Both the position numbers and the translations under genes were made by a program. Below, piece by piece: positions 40,827-53,400 of a stretch of 64,000 nt of DNA. The number at the start of each line of letters is the position of its first letter. The stretch's first letter is position 1. Under the pieces are notes generated by a model. The model did not search any database and was not told where the DNA came from. It saw only the letters and a list, made by a program, of their open reading frames with translations. Origin of the DNA: Hormiphora californensis (taxonomy: Eukaryota > Animalia > Ctenophora); contig CM035357.1 in the NCBI GenBank assembly GCA_020137815.1, forward strand, positions 5,332,001-5,396,000. The letters run 5' to 3'.

Positions 40827-42948
40827 CTTTTCTCTCTCTTCCTCTCTCTTCCTCTCTCTCCGCTCCCTTGCAAAGCTGCAGGAAGAGGGAGAGTACTGCG
40901 GTGTATTGTGACGTGTTATGACTGGTGTTGAATAGATGGTACAGTGCATACTGTTTACATTGAGACAAAGATGTTTACATGCTCTCTCCCCGTCCCTCCC
41001 TCACTCTCTCCCACCCCCTCCGGTATCCCCTCTCGACTCCTTCCCTTTCGACTCTTCCCCTATCCAATAATTCCTCCCTCTCCAACACTTCCTCTTTAAC
41101 ACCCCTCCCATCTTTAACACTCCCTTTCCCACCCTCCATCTCTCCCCTCTCACCCCCTCTCTAACACTCCCTTTCCCACCCTCCATCTCTCCCCTCTCTA
41201 ACACCCCCTCTCTCTCTAACAGAATCACGACACCAAAACAGCGACTTGACTCCACGGATCTACTTCACGAAGGTCATCCCTCCCTTCCACTGCCTGAGAA
41301 AAGTGAAGTGGTCTGTGCAACTGGGGGTGATTCCGCCTCCGAGTATAATGATAGTGATACTCACTCTGGTAAATATTAGGTAGCTATGGTAACTAATCTT
41401 GAGTTTTACTGATATGATCTTAATTAACTCGTTCTCGTTTACTTGGAGACCTTTTTAGACTTCAACTCTCACGATCATATCTAAATTTCAGTTTCCAGTT
41501 TTACTGGTGAGGTGGTCTATGAGCGGAAATCTCGGAAACAAGTAAGAAAGTGATTTAAAAACACTGAAATGAGATCATATACTGGACTCTCTTATCTCAT
41601 CTTGCCTCTGTCTCCCGACAGTCAACCTGCAGTTTTATGACTCAGACTCTCTCGCTTTCACTCGTTTTGTGCGCAAATTGTGATGAAAGCATATTGCTAA
41701 GCACTCCAAATGGCGCGCCACTGCTCGAGCACGCTTAGTTTATCAAACCACGTTTTCAGACCCAGTCCACGTTTTCAGCTCAATCGTGGACCCCCTCGAA
41801 TAGCCCCTCATACCAACCAGCCGACGTTTATTTGACCCGTTTTGATATACACATTCCTCCTTTTAGGCGAAGCACCTTGGTCGAATTGATAAGACAGTTA
41901 TGACCATGAGAGATTTAATACAGTTCCGGCTACCCAGAGATCCCGCCAACCCCCTTAAACAGTAAGTTCAGATTGTCCATATGATCTGTCCTTGTTCGAC
42001 CCTCTTTATCCGTGTTTGAACAAAAAATTTCAAGGACAGGGTTTGAGAGCAGTTTCAGTTTCTTGAAACCCTAAGCTATCTTGTTTCCTTATTTCCTAAC
42101 CCATCTTGTATTCTGTTATATCCTAACCCACCCTGCTTCCCAGGATCTGGCAAGACATCAAGGAGAGAGAAGAACGTGAGAAACTGGGTGAGAAGGAAAA
42201 GGAGATAGAGAAACAATCTCGTATCGAGCAGATAATTGCTGAAGCAGCGGAAAGAGGTGAAACTTTGAAACCTGAAGATGTCGAGAATGAAGAGTCTCTC
42301 CCGCCCATTGCCGTTCAGCTGGACCCCATCACTGGTGAAATTGTGGTCAACAAGGAGACGTTGGAGGTAAAGTTGAACAGTAAAACTGAAATCCAGGAGA
42401 CAATCGAGGAGGATGAGGGAGAGTTAACATTTGGCCGGTATGAGGATCACCATGTTTCTATCAACTCTTTCTCCCGGAGAAAACGAATTCAGCGGTGCAA
42501 GTGGACGGAGGGAGATACGAGACGGTTTTACCTGGCCCTCAGGAAAGTTGGGACTGATTTTGAGTTGATGCACAATGTGCTACCAGAGTTTACCAGGGAC
42601 CAACTGAAACGGAAATTTAAACGCGAGGAAAAGACTTGTCTTGCCAAGGTCGACATGGCCCTGAATTACTCTCTCCGTATGGACGATTCTCCTTTAGAAC
42701 GAGAGGAAGAACCTGAGAAACCGGTAGAAAAACCTAAACGAGAACGGAACAAGGCTCCTAAACCCACTCTCACAACAGTTATACGGGAACGCCGGAAACG
42801 GGCACTTTCTGACACAGATGAGGAGGGAGAGACCCCGCCATTTAGAAGTAGACAAAGATCCCGACCACTGGGAATAGATGATGAGGATGGAAGTCAGCCC
42901 ATCGATATTATCAGGGATAGTTCTATTGATAGGAAAGTGCTCGTATAG
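39756..42948 (+). CDS. BDP1: TFIIIB component B'' (BDP1), 504 aa, 6 exons
   Basis: Exons 39756-39894, 40050-40329, 41223-41368, 41492-41541, 41867-41961 and 42144-42948 total 1515 nt in frame. Motifs: MTMRDLI, GEIVVNKETLEV, SANT W...DT.RFY.AL..VGTDF..QLKRKFKREEK. Confidence 0.9.
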
Positions 42949-43761
42949 TAGTGTCGGTTGGTGTGTTTTTGAGAAGGGAGCCTTTTTCACTGAACTATGC
43001 TGAAGTTTTTTAGAGCTTGTTAACAGTGCCTGCTTCTTCTCTTTTAAACCCACCTCCATCCTTGTTGAGTAAGGGGAACCCCTCGCTCAGCAACTCCATC
43101 CGGGCCGTTCTGTTTGCCAGGGTGTGGGAGTGCAAACAGACCGCCCTGGATCTTTCTTTTTGCTGTCTGGTGTTGCCGACCCGATCTGACCATGTTGTTA
43201 AAACGGAGTCAAGACAGTCTTTTTGTGATCTAACTAAAGTAGGGAGGCCAAAACTGAACCAAGGACCTATTACTTGCACCGTTCCTACTAATCATCCAAA
43301 TTTCAAAAACTTTTGTATAAAATCAGTAACACTCATTTTCCTGATAATTCTTACCATCTTCAGACAGCTCAGATCTGGTATTTGATCATGTTAGAGAACA
43401 TCTAGTTCCTCTCATCCAGGATGTCTCATGTTATGTTCTAACCCTCCCTTTACATTTGGGGCGCCCGAAACACAGTCTAGCCAGGCAGGATGTCTCATGT
43501 TCATGTTCTCGACCGAGTGTCAGCTCCGTGTCAGACTGCAAGTAATATGTCCCCTGGTTCAGTTATAACACGTGTGTGTGTGACGTGTGTAAATTATTTT
43601 AGTGTTAAACAACTGTATACATCTCCGGTGTTTTATCCCCTTTCATTATTTATTATCTTCACAGCAACATGTCTTTTTAATATATCAAGATACAATTAAT
43701 TAAATAATTGACAGTTATAGTTAACTAATTAATCTTAATTAATTATTATAGCGGTCACAGT

Positions 43762-46700
43762 ATGCACAGCAAGTTAAAGATCACAGCTCTGAAGAAGATC
43801 TCCCAATCACCGGGAGGGATGGTACCAGCTAGCGAGCTCTTCACTTATGTCAAACAGGTTATTTGCGTTTTAACTCCCAGAAAAAGTTAAAATTTATACC
43901 ACCTTCAAACTGCCTCTAAATCTCCCTCTCCCTACCTCCAACAGTAGCTCCCTCTCCCCGACTCTTCTTCGCCAGTACGATCTCCCCCTTCCCCTGTGCG
44001 ATCCATCTCTAACCTCCCCCTTCCCCTATACGATCCATCTCTAACCTCCTCCCTTTTTCAGTACGATCGGTCGGTTGATTCAATGGTGCTGAGTAAGTTT
44101 GTGCTCACCGTGTCTGAGATACCCTTGGTAAAATGGACACCCTCCAGCAAGACTTTTATCCTGAACAGGTACTTTGGGATTTATCGAATCGGTATCTAAA
44201 AAAGATATAAATAAATAATAATAATAAATAATCACTGCGCTGGCAAGCGCAAAGGTGGCCCCATCCCATCCCCCCAAAAACTTTTCCCGAAAAAGTGGGC
44301 CCGCTTGCCAACAGCGTAGATATAACAATTTTGAAGTTTTAGCTCATTTTGGCACTTTTCGACCCCTCCTAACTCCGGAACCAGATGAGCTAGGAGGCTG
44401 AAATTTGGTACTTAGAAGCTTCCCATAGACCTCTACTGATGGTAAAAATTTGAAGTAGCTAGCTCACTCCGGTCGCAAGTTATGACACCACCCCCAAAAC
44501 AGAAAATTCAGTGTGGCGATAGGTATATTAGTTAGGGGCAGTAGTCGAGTGACTGGGAAATAATTTGTGTCAAGCTGATTTCTTCACTAACGTGTCCCAA
44601 TGGGTCCCCTCTAGCCCTCCTGAGTTTTTCCAAACTCGGGATGGGGTGCAACATGTTCATTTCCGGGTGGGCGTGGTACCTGTATTTTCAGCCTGAGCCC
44701 AAAACCATAAGTACCCTTAAAATAGGAGTAGAGACAAAACCGAGGGCACTAAAATGATCAGCGTCCTCGAATTAGTGGGGGTAGGTGCCGGAATTAAGTC
44801 TCTATCTCATCTGGTTAATTAGATAATTGGATAATTAGGTTTGCGCATAACCGTTTTTTGTCTATATGGCTATAGCCACTTAGGAAGGGTTTAGAGACTT
44901 TTCATTAGTGCCATTTTGTAGATAATAGCCAAATTATAGGGGGTCGACGTCGGACTTTTAAGCTCTATCTTCAACCGTTTAGCCGTTATTAGGCTTTCAA
45001 GATGCTCAAAATCGGGCTTTTTACCGTATTTTACCGTATTAGTGGCAAATTGTCTGAACTTTCAGATACTATATTAAAAATTTTTCTAACTTGTCATTTT
45101 CAGACCTTAAAACGCGTCGGAACTCAAAAATTTGATGTTAAAATCCACATAAAAATTCACATTTAGTGCAATAACTTCAGTTCTTGACTACCATGTCCTT
45201 TAAAACTTTCCACACTTTTAGTGCTTCATAGGCCTAATAGTCTGTAATAATTTTCGACGTCATTTGTGACGTCACGTGTGACGTCATTACGACGTCTAAT
45301 TTTAAAAACTTCGTCAAATCAGTTTCCTACAACCCAGGATATATTTGAATTACATTTGAACACTTTAGTTGACAATTAGCTTAGTTGTTTGAGGTCATAA
45401 ATGACCTCAAACGACCAAAAAAGAGTTCAAATTTAGAGCAAAAACTAATTGAAATTAGTTCGCCAGAAAGGTGGCCCATTTTGAACTTACTCCTTCATTT
45501 CCGTCACCTTTGAGTTGAGGCTTCAAAGACATTGAGGTATCCGTAAACTTTTCCGCCTTCAACTCAAAGGTGACGGAAATGAAGGAGTAAGTTCAAAATG
45601 GGCCACCTTTCTGGCGAACTAATTTCAATTAGTTTTTGCTCTAAATAAATAAATAAACGTATGTAAACTGAAGCTCTGCTAAAACATGAGATGCTTGCCA
45701 ATAACTTTGTTTCTCCATCCTCCAATCTACATCTCCCATTACTCTAGTATCTGATCCTGTTTTTTACTCAAAGCCCACTAGATATTCCCCCGTTCAGAGA
45801 GGCGTTTCGAGCCCGTGGATACTTCCTCTTCATGACATATCTGTGGGGAGCGGGGATTGCTAACCGGTGGCCGGAGTTCAAGAAGTTTACCAGCAAGATC
45901 CCAGACATGACAATGAGTCATTTTGTTAGCAGTTACTGCATGCAGGTAGGGAAGACTTGACAGACAAAAACACACAGACACAAACACGCAGACACACAGA
46001 GCTAGAATATAACAGACAAACAGAAACGGTATAAGAGAGAAAGGCGAACAGAAATTAATATGATACAGCTACTGTTGTTATAGTAAACGTGGTCCGTATT
46101 GGGGCCTTCTTTCAACTGCTGTCCCAACCTTGAAGGGCTGGTGTCACCGTCCGCGACATCATAATGCCTGAACCCACGCTAACACACGCGAGACCAGTTC
46201 GGAGGTCCCACAGTGGCCCCCACTCCAAGCCTTCTTTCAATTCCTGATTATCCAACCCCTCCTTTTCCAGACCCGACAGCCCGAGCGGATAATGCACTAC
46301 AACTCCCAAATGAACTTGATTCTCAAGTACGTTCTGGAGAAGAGTGGGAGAAGTAAGGAGATAATATTGGACAAGGTGATTCAGGAGACTCTGGCAAGCT
46401 TTCTACCGAGTATTAACATCAGCTGGGTACGTCAATCAGGTCAAAATATGTAGATAAGTTACTTGTGTACTGAAAGATTTACACAGCTTTAGGAAATTCT
46501 CTCAAGACGCTGTTTCTCTCGAGCTCATCTCCCTTCCTAACCCTTCCTATTCCCACAAATTTGACAAGGTATTTTCCTCAGATGTGGCTTTTCAATGAAA
46601 TTGTCAAGGAGCCTCGTACCTCCGTTCCCCCTAACTCGGACATCGGACTTACTCCTGAGAAGGCCCAGAAAAACCTGATAAGACTTGTCAAAATGGCTGC

Positions 46701-47451
46701 CAAAGAACTGGAGATAGAGATTCAGAGAGTAAGGGTGGATAGTGGGAGTGCTGGTGGTGGTACTACTAATTCAGCTACCCCACCAGCACCTGCATCATTC
46801 GCTGAAATGATAGGTAGGAATCTTTTGCTTTTTATTTAAACTTCTTCCACTGTTTAGTATGTTTTTTACCTCCCTCCTGTCTCCGACCTACCCTATTTTC
46901 CTTCAACTTCATTCTCCCAACTTCATTTCTAAGAACATCGTTCTGTCCCTAAATCCCCTCTCATTTCAACTCTCTATTCTCAGGCGGGAAGAAAAGTTCG
47001 GATCAGATCTTTACCGAGTTCCTACCGGTTGCCATGTCCCTGTTCCCTGCCATTCAGGGTTCCAACGGAAACACTCTGAAATATCTGAACGACAAGACCG
47101 GAGCCAAGATTGTCCTAACAAAGATGCAGAAAACTGGCGAGTCTTGCGTCGCATTTACAGGTAAAAAGTTTCGTCTTGTTCTATAGGGCACAATTTATCA
47201 TTCCCATTTCATCCTTCCCTCTCCTATTGTCATTCCCTCGGTCCAACCTCATTTTCAACCCAAAGCCCATCTAATTTCGTAGAAAAAGACTTTGTTGGTT
47301 GCGGGTGTATGGCATTGTGTCAACGCCATACCCCTGAAAATTGTGTGAGTTGACCGTACTCACCGCAGCATCAACCAGCAGCTGCACGGCTACGGGACGG
47401 TGACCACACACATAGCAAAAGAGAGAAAGAGAGGGAGAGAGACAGTTTGCG

Positions 47452-47492
<41 letters not shown>

Positions 47493-50400
47493 GGGTGTGT
47501 GTGTGTGGTAGACCGCTGGTACGAAGAGCTCGGCGTGATAAATCAGGGTCTTTCTTCCCCAGAATTGGACCAGGAAGACCCTGATAAGCACTGCAATGAG
47601 CTCTCCCCGTAGAGGGAGGGGGTGGGGGATTGGGGGAACAGAGGCGGAGAGGTGGGAAGCTTGTTGTAAAATGTAAAATCCGGAGCTGGTAAAATCGTGG
47701 CTTCCCAGTCCTCTCCGCCTTACTGCAGGAACTGGGGGGTCCTCTAGTATCGGGTATGGGCAGGAACTGTGGTTGGTGGGCAGGGGAGAGGGGTCCTCTT
47801 CTTCTACGAGGACGCTGCCAGTAAGGGGTGGGTGCCATGAGGCTCCCGTTCCCCGCCCTGGTGTGGTTGGTATATTGCCAGCTACTTCGGCCCAAGTAGA
47901 CTTGGGGAGCTGGTGCTATACCAGGTCACAGGTGGGGTGGTTTCTGGTGGGTGAAGTGACGCCATCGCCTTCTTATAGAACGATAGGTCCTCTGGTCACT
48001 CCATCTGGAGTATTATGTGGCTGGAGGTGTCAGGCGGGAATATAGGAGGAAGTGAAGGTTCCTCGTCCATTGGAAGAGATTCCACCTCATCATCTGTCGA
48101 TCCGGCTGAGGCCACTCTAATCAAGATGCGGGAAGTCATCGATGCAGTGGATGTATCAACCGATCTTGTCATACGGGCCACTGGTTCGTGTGACAGTGCA
48201 CTTGTGACAGTACATACTGAGCTGGATGATTGTCTCCAGCTGTAGTTGGAAGAAATGTCCAGTGGGGATACCACCGTGAGAGAATCCTCTATGGTGGGTT
48301 CTGTCTGGGTCCCGTTGGAGGACATTATGGGTGATTTCGCGAAAAGTTCATTCTGAACAACTTGCTGAAGATGTTCCAATGCTGCTTTCATGAGTGACAG
48401 GTTTGTCACTAGCTCCTTTGTAACAGTCATAGAACTATCTGTCAATAGTCTATTCTGCTCAACATTCTTCGCGTAGATGGGAAGAATTTCATCGTTGGTA
48501 GACCGCATCAACTGCTTCAGGTAGATACAGCCTACTGTCATCACCACAGCCAGAAGTAGCATTGCGGCGATGAGTACATATTCATCAGTGTTCATTTTAG
48601 GATTGATAAGAACGTCCAGAAAACAAACGAAAGTGGTGAATAGAGTGCGGAAGTGAATCTGCACGTGCAAATATGCACACACATGATGGGTAAATGTTGC
48701 CATAGCAACACGTGCAGATATGACCAGGAGACCTAGATGAGAATCAATTCATCTCTGGTACTGACCCAATCTGTTCACTGTTGTGATGAGTCTAGCCGGT
48801 CTGGCAGGATCAGTGTGTTTACTGTTTAGGCAATCTCCAATGGGAGATTGGCGGTTTTCTTCACCTTCAGACTGGGGTACACAGGGAGGACAAATGATAT
48901 TATCATGTGTCCTCCGTGTGTTACACAGTACCCCACAACCTAAGATGTACTTGCTACAAACATGCCTTATTCGACCTGATATTATGCAATACTTCACTAG
49001 AAATATGTTAAACCCCCAAAATGATGATTACGATTAGTCATGTATCGTATTATTAATCCTTGAATCAATCCGATTCCATCCCGATTCTGTGTTGCTCCCC
49101 TAACTTCACATCGTCCGTATCCTACTGGCCATTTGAAGCCCCCAACCAACATCTTTTTTACGATTATGAAACTGACAACAAGTGTTTTCTTTCAAATATT
49201 CGCGAAACAACGCCCTTAGCTCCTAAAATTCTTCTTGGTAACGTCTTTGGTAATAAGTATTACGTTGTGCCTACGAGATACTCGATCCTCATTTATCAGG
49301 GCATCAGTTGCTGCACTCAACATGTGTAAGACGTCCTGGGTTATGGCTGCGGAATTATAAGCCAGTTTTCTGGAGCTCTCCACTTGTTTGGCGTAGAGTG
49401 GGAGAAGATGTTCAGATGATCTCCTGGTCATGTGTTTCGAGAGAGACTCAGGAGGACACTGATAATTCAGGTCTTCAGTTTACTCCATCTGGAGTACAAT
49501 GTCTGGGGTGACTGGGGGTTGCAGGGTTTGTCCTCTGGCAGTGGAGGGATTCCTGTCATCGATGACGTTTCATCATCTGTTGTCGGGTCCTGGTCATCTT
49601 GGATAGGGAGGAACTCTCTTGTCGGCTCCATCTTGATGTCCTCTAACGAGGACACAGAAAAGTTATCATCGTACGTCTTTGGTGATAAGAACTTAGTAAA
49701 TTGTCGTGAGCAGTAGCTTCTTGTTCACTTCACTCGTGACTTCACGTCACGTCTTTGGCGTAGAGTGGTAATATCCGGTCATTTGTCTTCCGGATTTTCC
49801 ATCCAAGGTTGATGAAACTAGCTATAACTACAACTGCTAGCAGAAGTAACACTGGTAGGGCTTCGTCAACGGTGATCATCATGATTGCTTCGTCATTTGA
49901 AGACCGCATCAACTGCTTGAGATAGATGCAGCCTGATGTCATTACCACAGCCAGAAATAGCAGTGTGGCAATGAGCACATATTCATCAGTGTTGAGAAGG
50001 ATGTCCAGAAAACAAACTGTCAACTCTGTTTACGTCTTTGGTGATAAGTACAGAGCTAAGAAACTGAACTTGAACTGTAGTGGTGCTGGGGCCCGGCTGC
50101 CGGCACAGAATTTTACATTACTCCTTCATAAAATCAACTGAACTAGAAACACAAAAGTTTTTTTTTTCGTTTTCAATGAAATTCTAGACAGAGCCCAGAT
50201 AACAAAAAGCATAAAATAAGTGGACTCCTTCATAAAATCTTTTTGTTCCACCATCTCACATCAAAACTGTACGATTTTATGCCGGTTTTTCAGTTATATT
50301 ACCTCTCCCATATGCCCCCACCACTCCATATATCTAAACTCTACAACTCGTCAACCCTCCATTCTCCACCGACAGGTACGAAGAAACAGATAGACTCTGG

Positions 50401-53400
50401 TATCGAGTTAGTACTAAAGATAGTCAGTAAGAAGAACGATGGTTCAGCACTGGAGGTCATATCTTATGAGACTGATATCCTGGAGAATTACATTCAGGAT
50501 GAGGTGAGTAGTACTAGTGTGGCTCACATTGCATTTGTTTTCGTAATATGACGCTCTGTGTGCTCTGCGAGGGTTCGGTAAATCATGAGGTGAAAAGTCC
50601 GTAGGCACCGAAATGAAGGCATCAGTGTGAGAACTGAACCACCTGAAAAATGTTTTCCCAATGCTGCACTACAGTGTCAAAAATTTGACCCAAAATTTAG
50701 GCCCAATGAAGGGCCCCTTATCCCTGTAAACCGAATAACCCCTTGCTCACCTGTTCGATTCCTACTTCAGGAAAGTTTGGTATGTTTGGGAGAGTTCACT
50801 GAGTCCTATCCCAAAGTTCTGATCAAGGTTGAACCACATAAGAAACGGATCGTTGTCAAAGGTGAGAGAATATTAGAGATGGCATTTCTAATCAATACCC
50901 AAACAAGTTTCGATAACATCTACCACTTTAAATTTCTGTGTCCTCAACCCGGTGTAATCCCCAGGTGACGTGAGTGATGATGTTAAGAAGATCACAGAAT
51001 ACCTCCGGGAGAGTTTGTCAGATTTCGCTGCTGAGTTTGTAGGGAAATCAAAGGCGAGATCACCACCTACCAGGACTGTCGATGGTGTCGTGACAAAACC
51101 ATTCTCACTGGTAAGTGGTGGGCTGGATTCAGATCAGTGAGATGAGTTCGCTTTACAATTATTAGATGCTGCGAACCTTGTCATACTCGCTCATTAATTA
51201 TTATTCAACATATACTTCTCAATCGTTCAATTGGCTCAGTTTAGTTTGTGGTTTTCAGCAAGTTATTCTGAATCTTGATTCTAACCAGGGTTTGAAGCAT
51301 CCAGATTGGATCTCACTCAACAAAACAACACTGCTACAAATATCTGTGAAACATCATGTTACTCTCCACTTTCCATGTAAACGGGAGGTAATTATCAATT
51401 AATTAATTAATTAATGGACCATCCTGTACAAGGGACCATCCTGTAAAATGTTATCCGGACCAATCCCACACCAAACACACTCATTATAATGTCTTTTCTT
51501 CCCCTTTATTCAGGTAGGGTTAACAATAGCGGGTAAAGCTAGTAACGTTGCAGCTGCAGATTCAGCCATGGTTGCAGCTCTACATGCTGATATGAAACAG
51601 GTTAGTGTTCACATGATAGTTATCGACACTGGTCCAGTGAGGCGGAGGATAAGGAAATTTTAAGGGTCGGTGGGGTACTGAATCATGATACCCGGCAGTG
51701 TTATTTTAGGGAGAAGTTAGGGAGATTGATGGATAAGCAAGATCGTATCATATGCAAGATCGTATCATATGCATATTCATGAATAACCTCTCTATTTCAG
51801 AGTAAGTTCTGGAAACCAGTCCAGCCTGCAGTAGCCACCATACCCAGCCTTACAGAGGCTACTGTAGCTGATCCTAACAGAGGCAAGAAATCTTCGGATA
51901 CCTCTAAAGCATTCGGCGGGGCGACCATCAAGGTACCCAGTGGGACGTCCTCTAAGGCACCCAGTGAGGCGTCCACCAAGGCATCTAGTGGGACTTCTTC
52001 TCCTGATGTCCAAATTGTTGATAGCAGGGCTGAGGACCGAATTACTGACTACCGTATACGGCCATCCATTGAGGTACTTGTATTTCAGTAACTTTGCTAA
52101 TTTGGCAATTGTACTGTTAGTATTATCGAAGCGACTCGGGTAGTATTGGAGAATTAAGTCCCCGGTTTTTCTTCAGAAATTCCAAGATATGACGCTGAGC
52201 CAGGAACTCCTAGAAAACCTGCTGTTTTGGGAGGATTCTAGTGAGCCAACTAAACTACAACAAGCTGTGTTACCAAATATCCTCTCCCGTGAGTTATACC
52301 ATTTTTTCACTTTTCAACACTGGTTGGGTGCACTAGTAGGTACTAATGTTTTGCAACACCCCCCCCCCCCCCGCCCCCCATTCCGGATTCCCCAACTCCC
52401 TCCTCCCTCAGATAAGAAAGTTGCTGTCTCGGGATCCCTTGGTCCCGATCTAGCTACTGCACTTTGTATCGCCCTGGTAAACTTTGTGGATGGCGACAAC
52501 ACGCGGACCCAGGGGTTCCTGCTGGTACGGGACCAGAGTAGGAAGGATGCACTGCTGGAGATACTGGAGAGGCTAATTAGAAACACTAAGGTGGGTTGCT
52601 GTACGATGAGTCTTTCATGCTGTTACCATGCAGTGCAATTGGCAGCTGTGGCTGCAGTAGCAGTCTCTCAAGTCTCATATACCATGTTGAACCTTGCATG
52701 ATGAGAGATGGGTCTCTCATAACCTACTGAATTACTGCTTACATTGCCCAATCCAATGCATTTTGTTTTTTTCCAAATCATGTGCAATGTTTAATGTTTA
52801 TCTTATCTTTTATCCATGTAATGGGACTCTGGTTTCATGTTGAATATGCAGAGATAATTACACAGCATACTGTTGATATTGGTAATTACACTTGTTCGTT
52901 TATCTGTGTCTGGCGCCGCCTAACCCCATCTGATCACACTTGTTTGGGGCGCCGCCAGGCGCCAGACAGGTTTATCACGTGTCTCCGATTTAAACTCACT
53001 TGTTCGGAGTTTCTCCGGTTGACTGTCAGGGAGGGTTGAATGCCAAGCTACCATCTACTCAACACCCATTTTCTCACCCCTTGTGATGACAGTTAATCAC
53101 ACCGAATCCACCCCCTTATTTCACTTTTTTAATATCTTTTTTTAATATCTGTGAAGTGTTTGTATTATTTTTGAATCTTTGATTGTTTTATGTAGCCATT
53201 CATTTAACAACCAGCATGTATTATATCGACCAATTTACTCTTATTTGAAGCATGATTCTCCCGACTCCCCGCCCACAGCTGTAGCAGAAGCACCCATTTG
53301 TACTGTGTGTGTTCCACCAATGTGGGTTGATGGGGTGTGGACATGTTCCCCACCCCATCTACCCAGTTTTCACCCCGTCCGACTTTTCCACAATCTCAAC

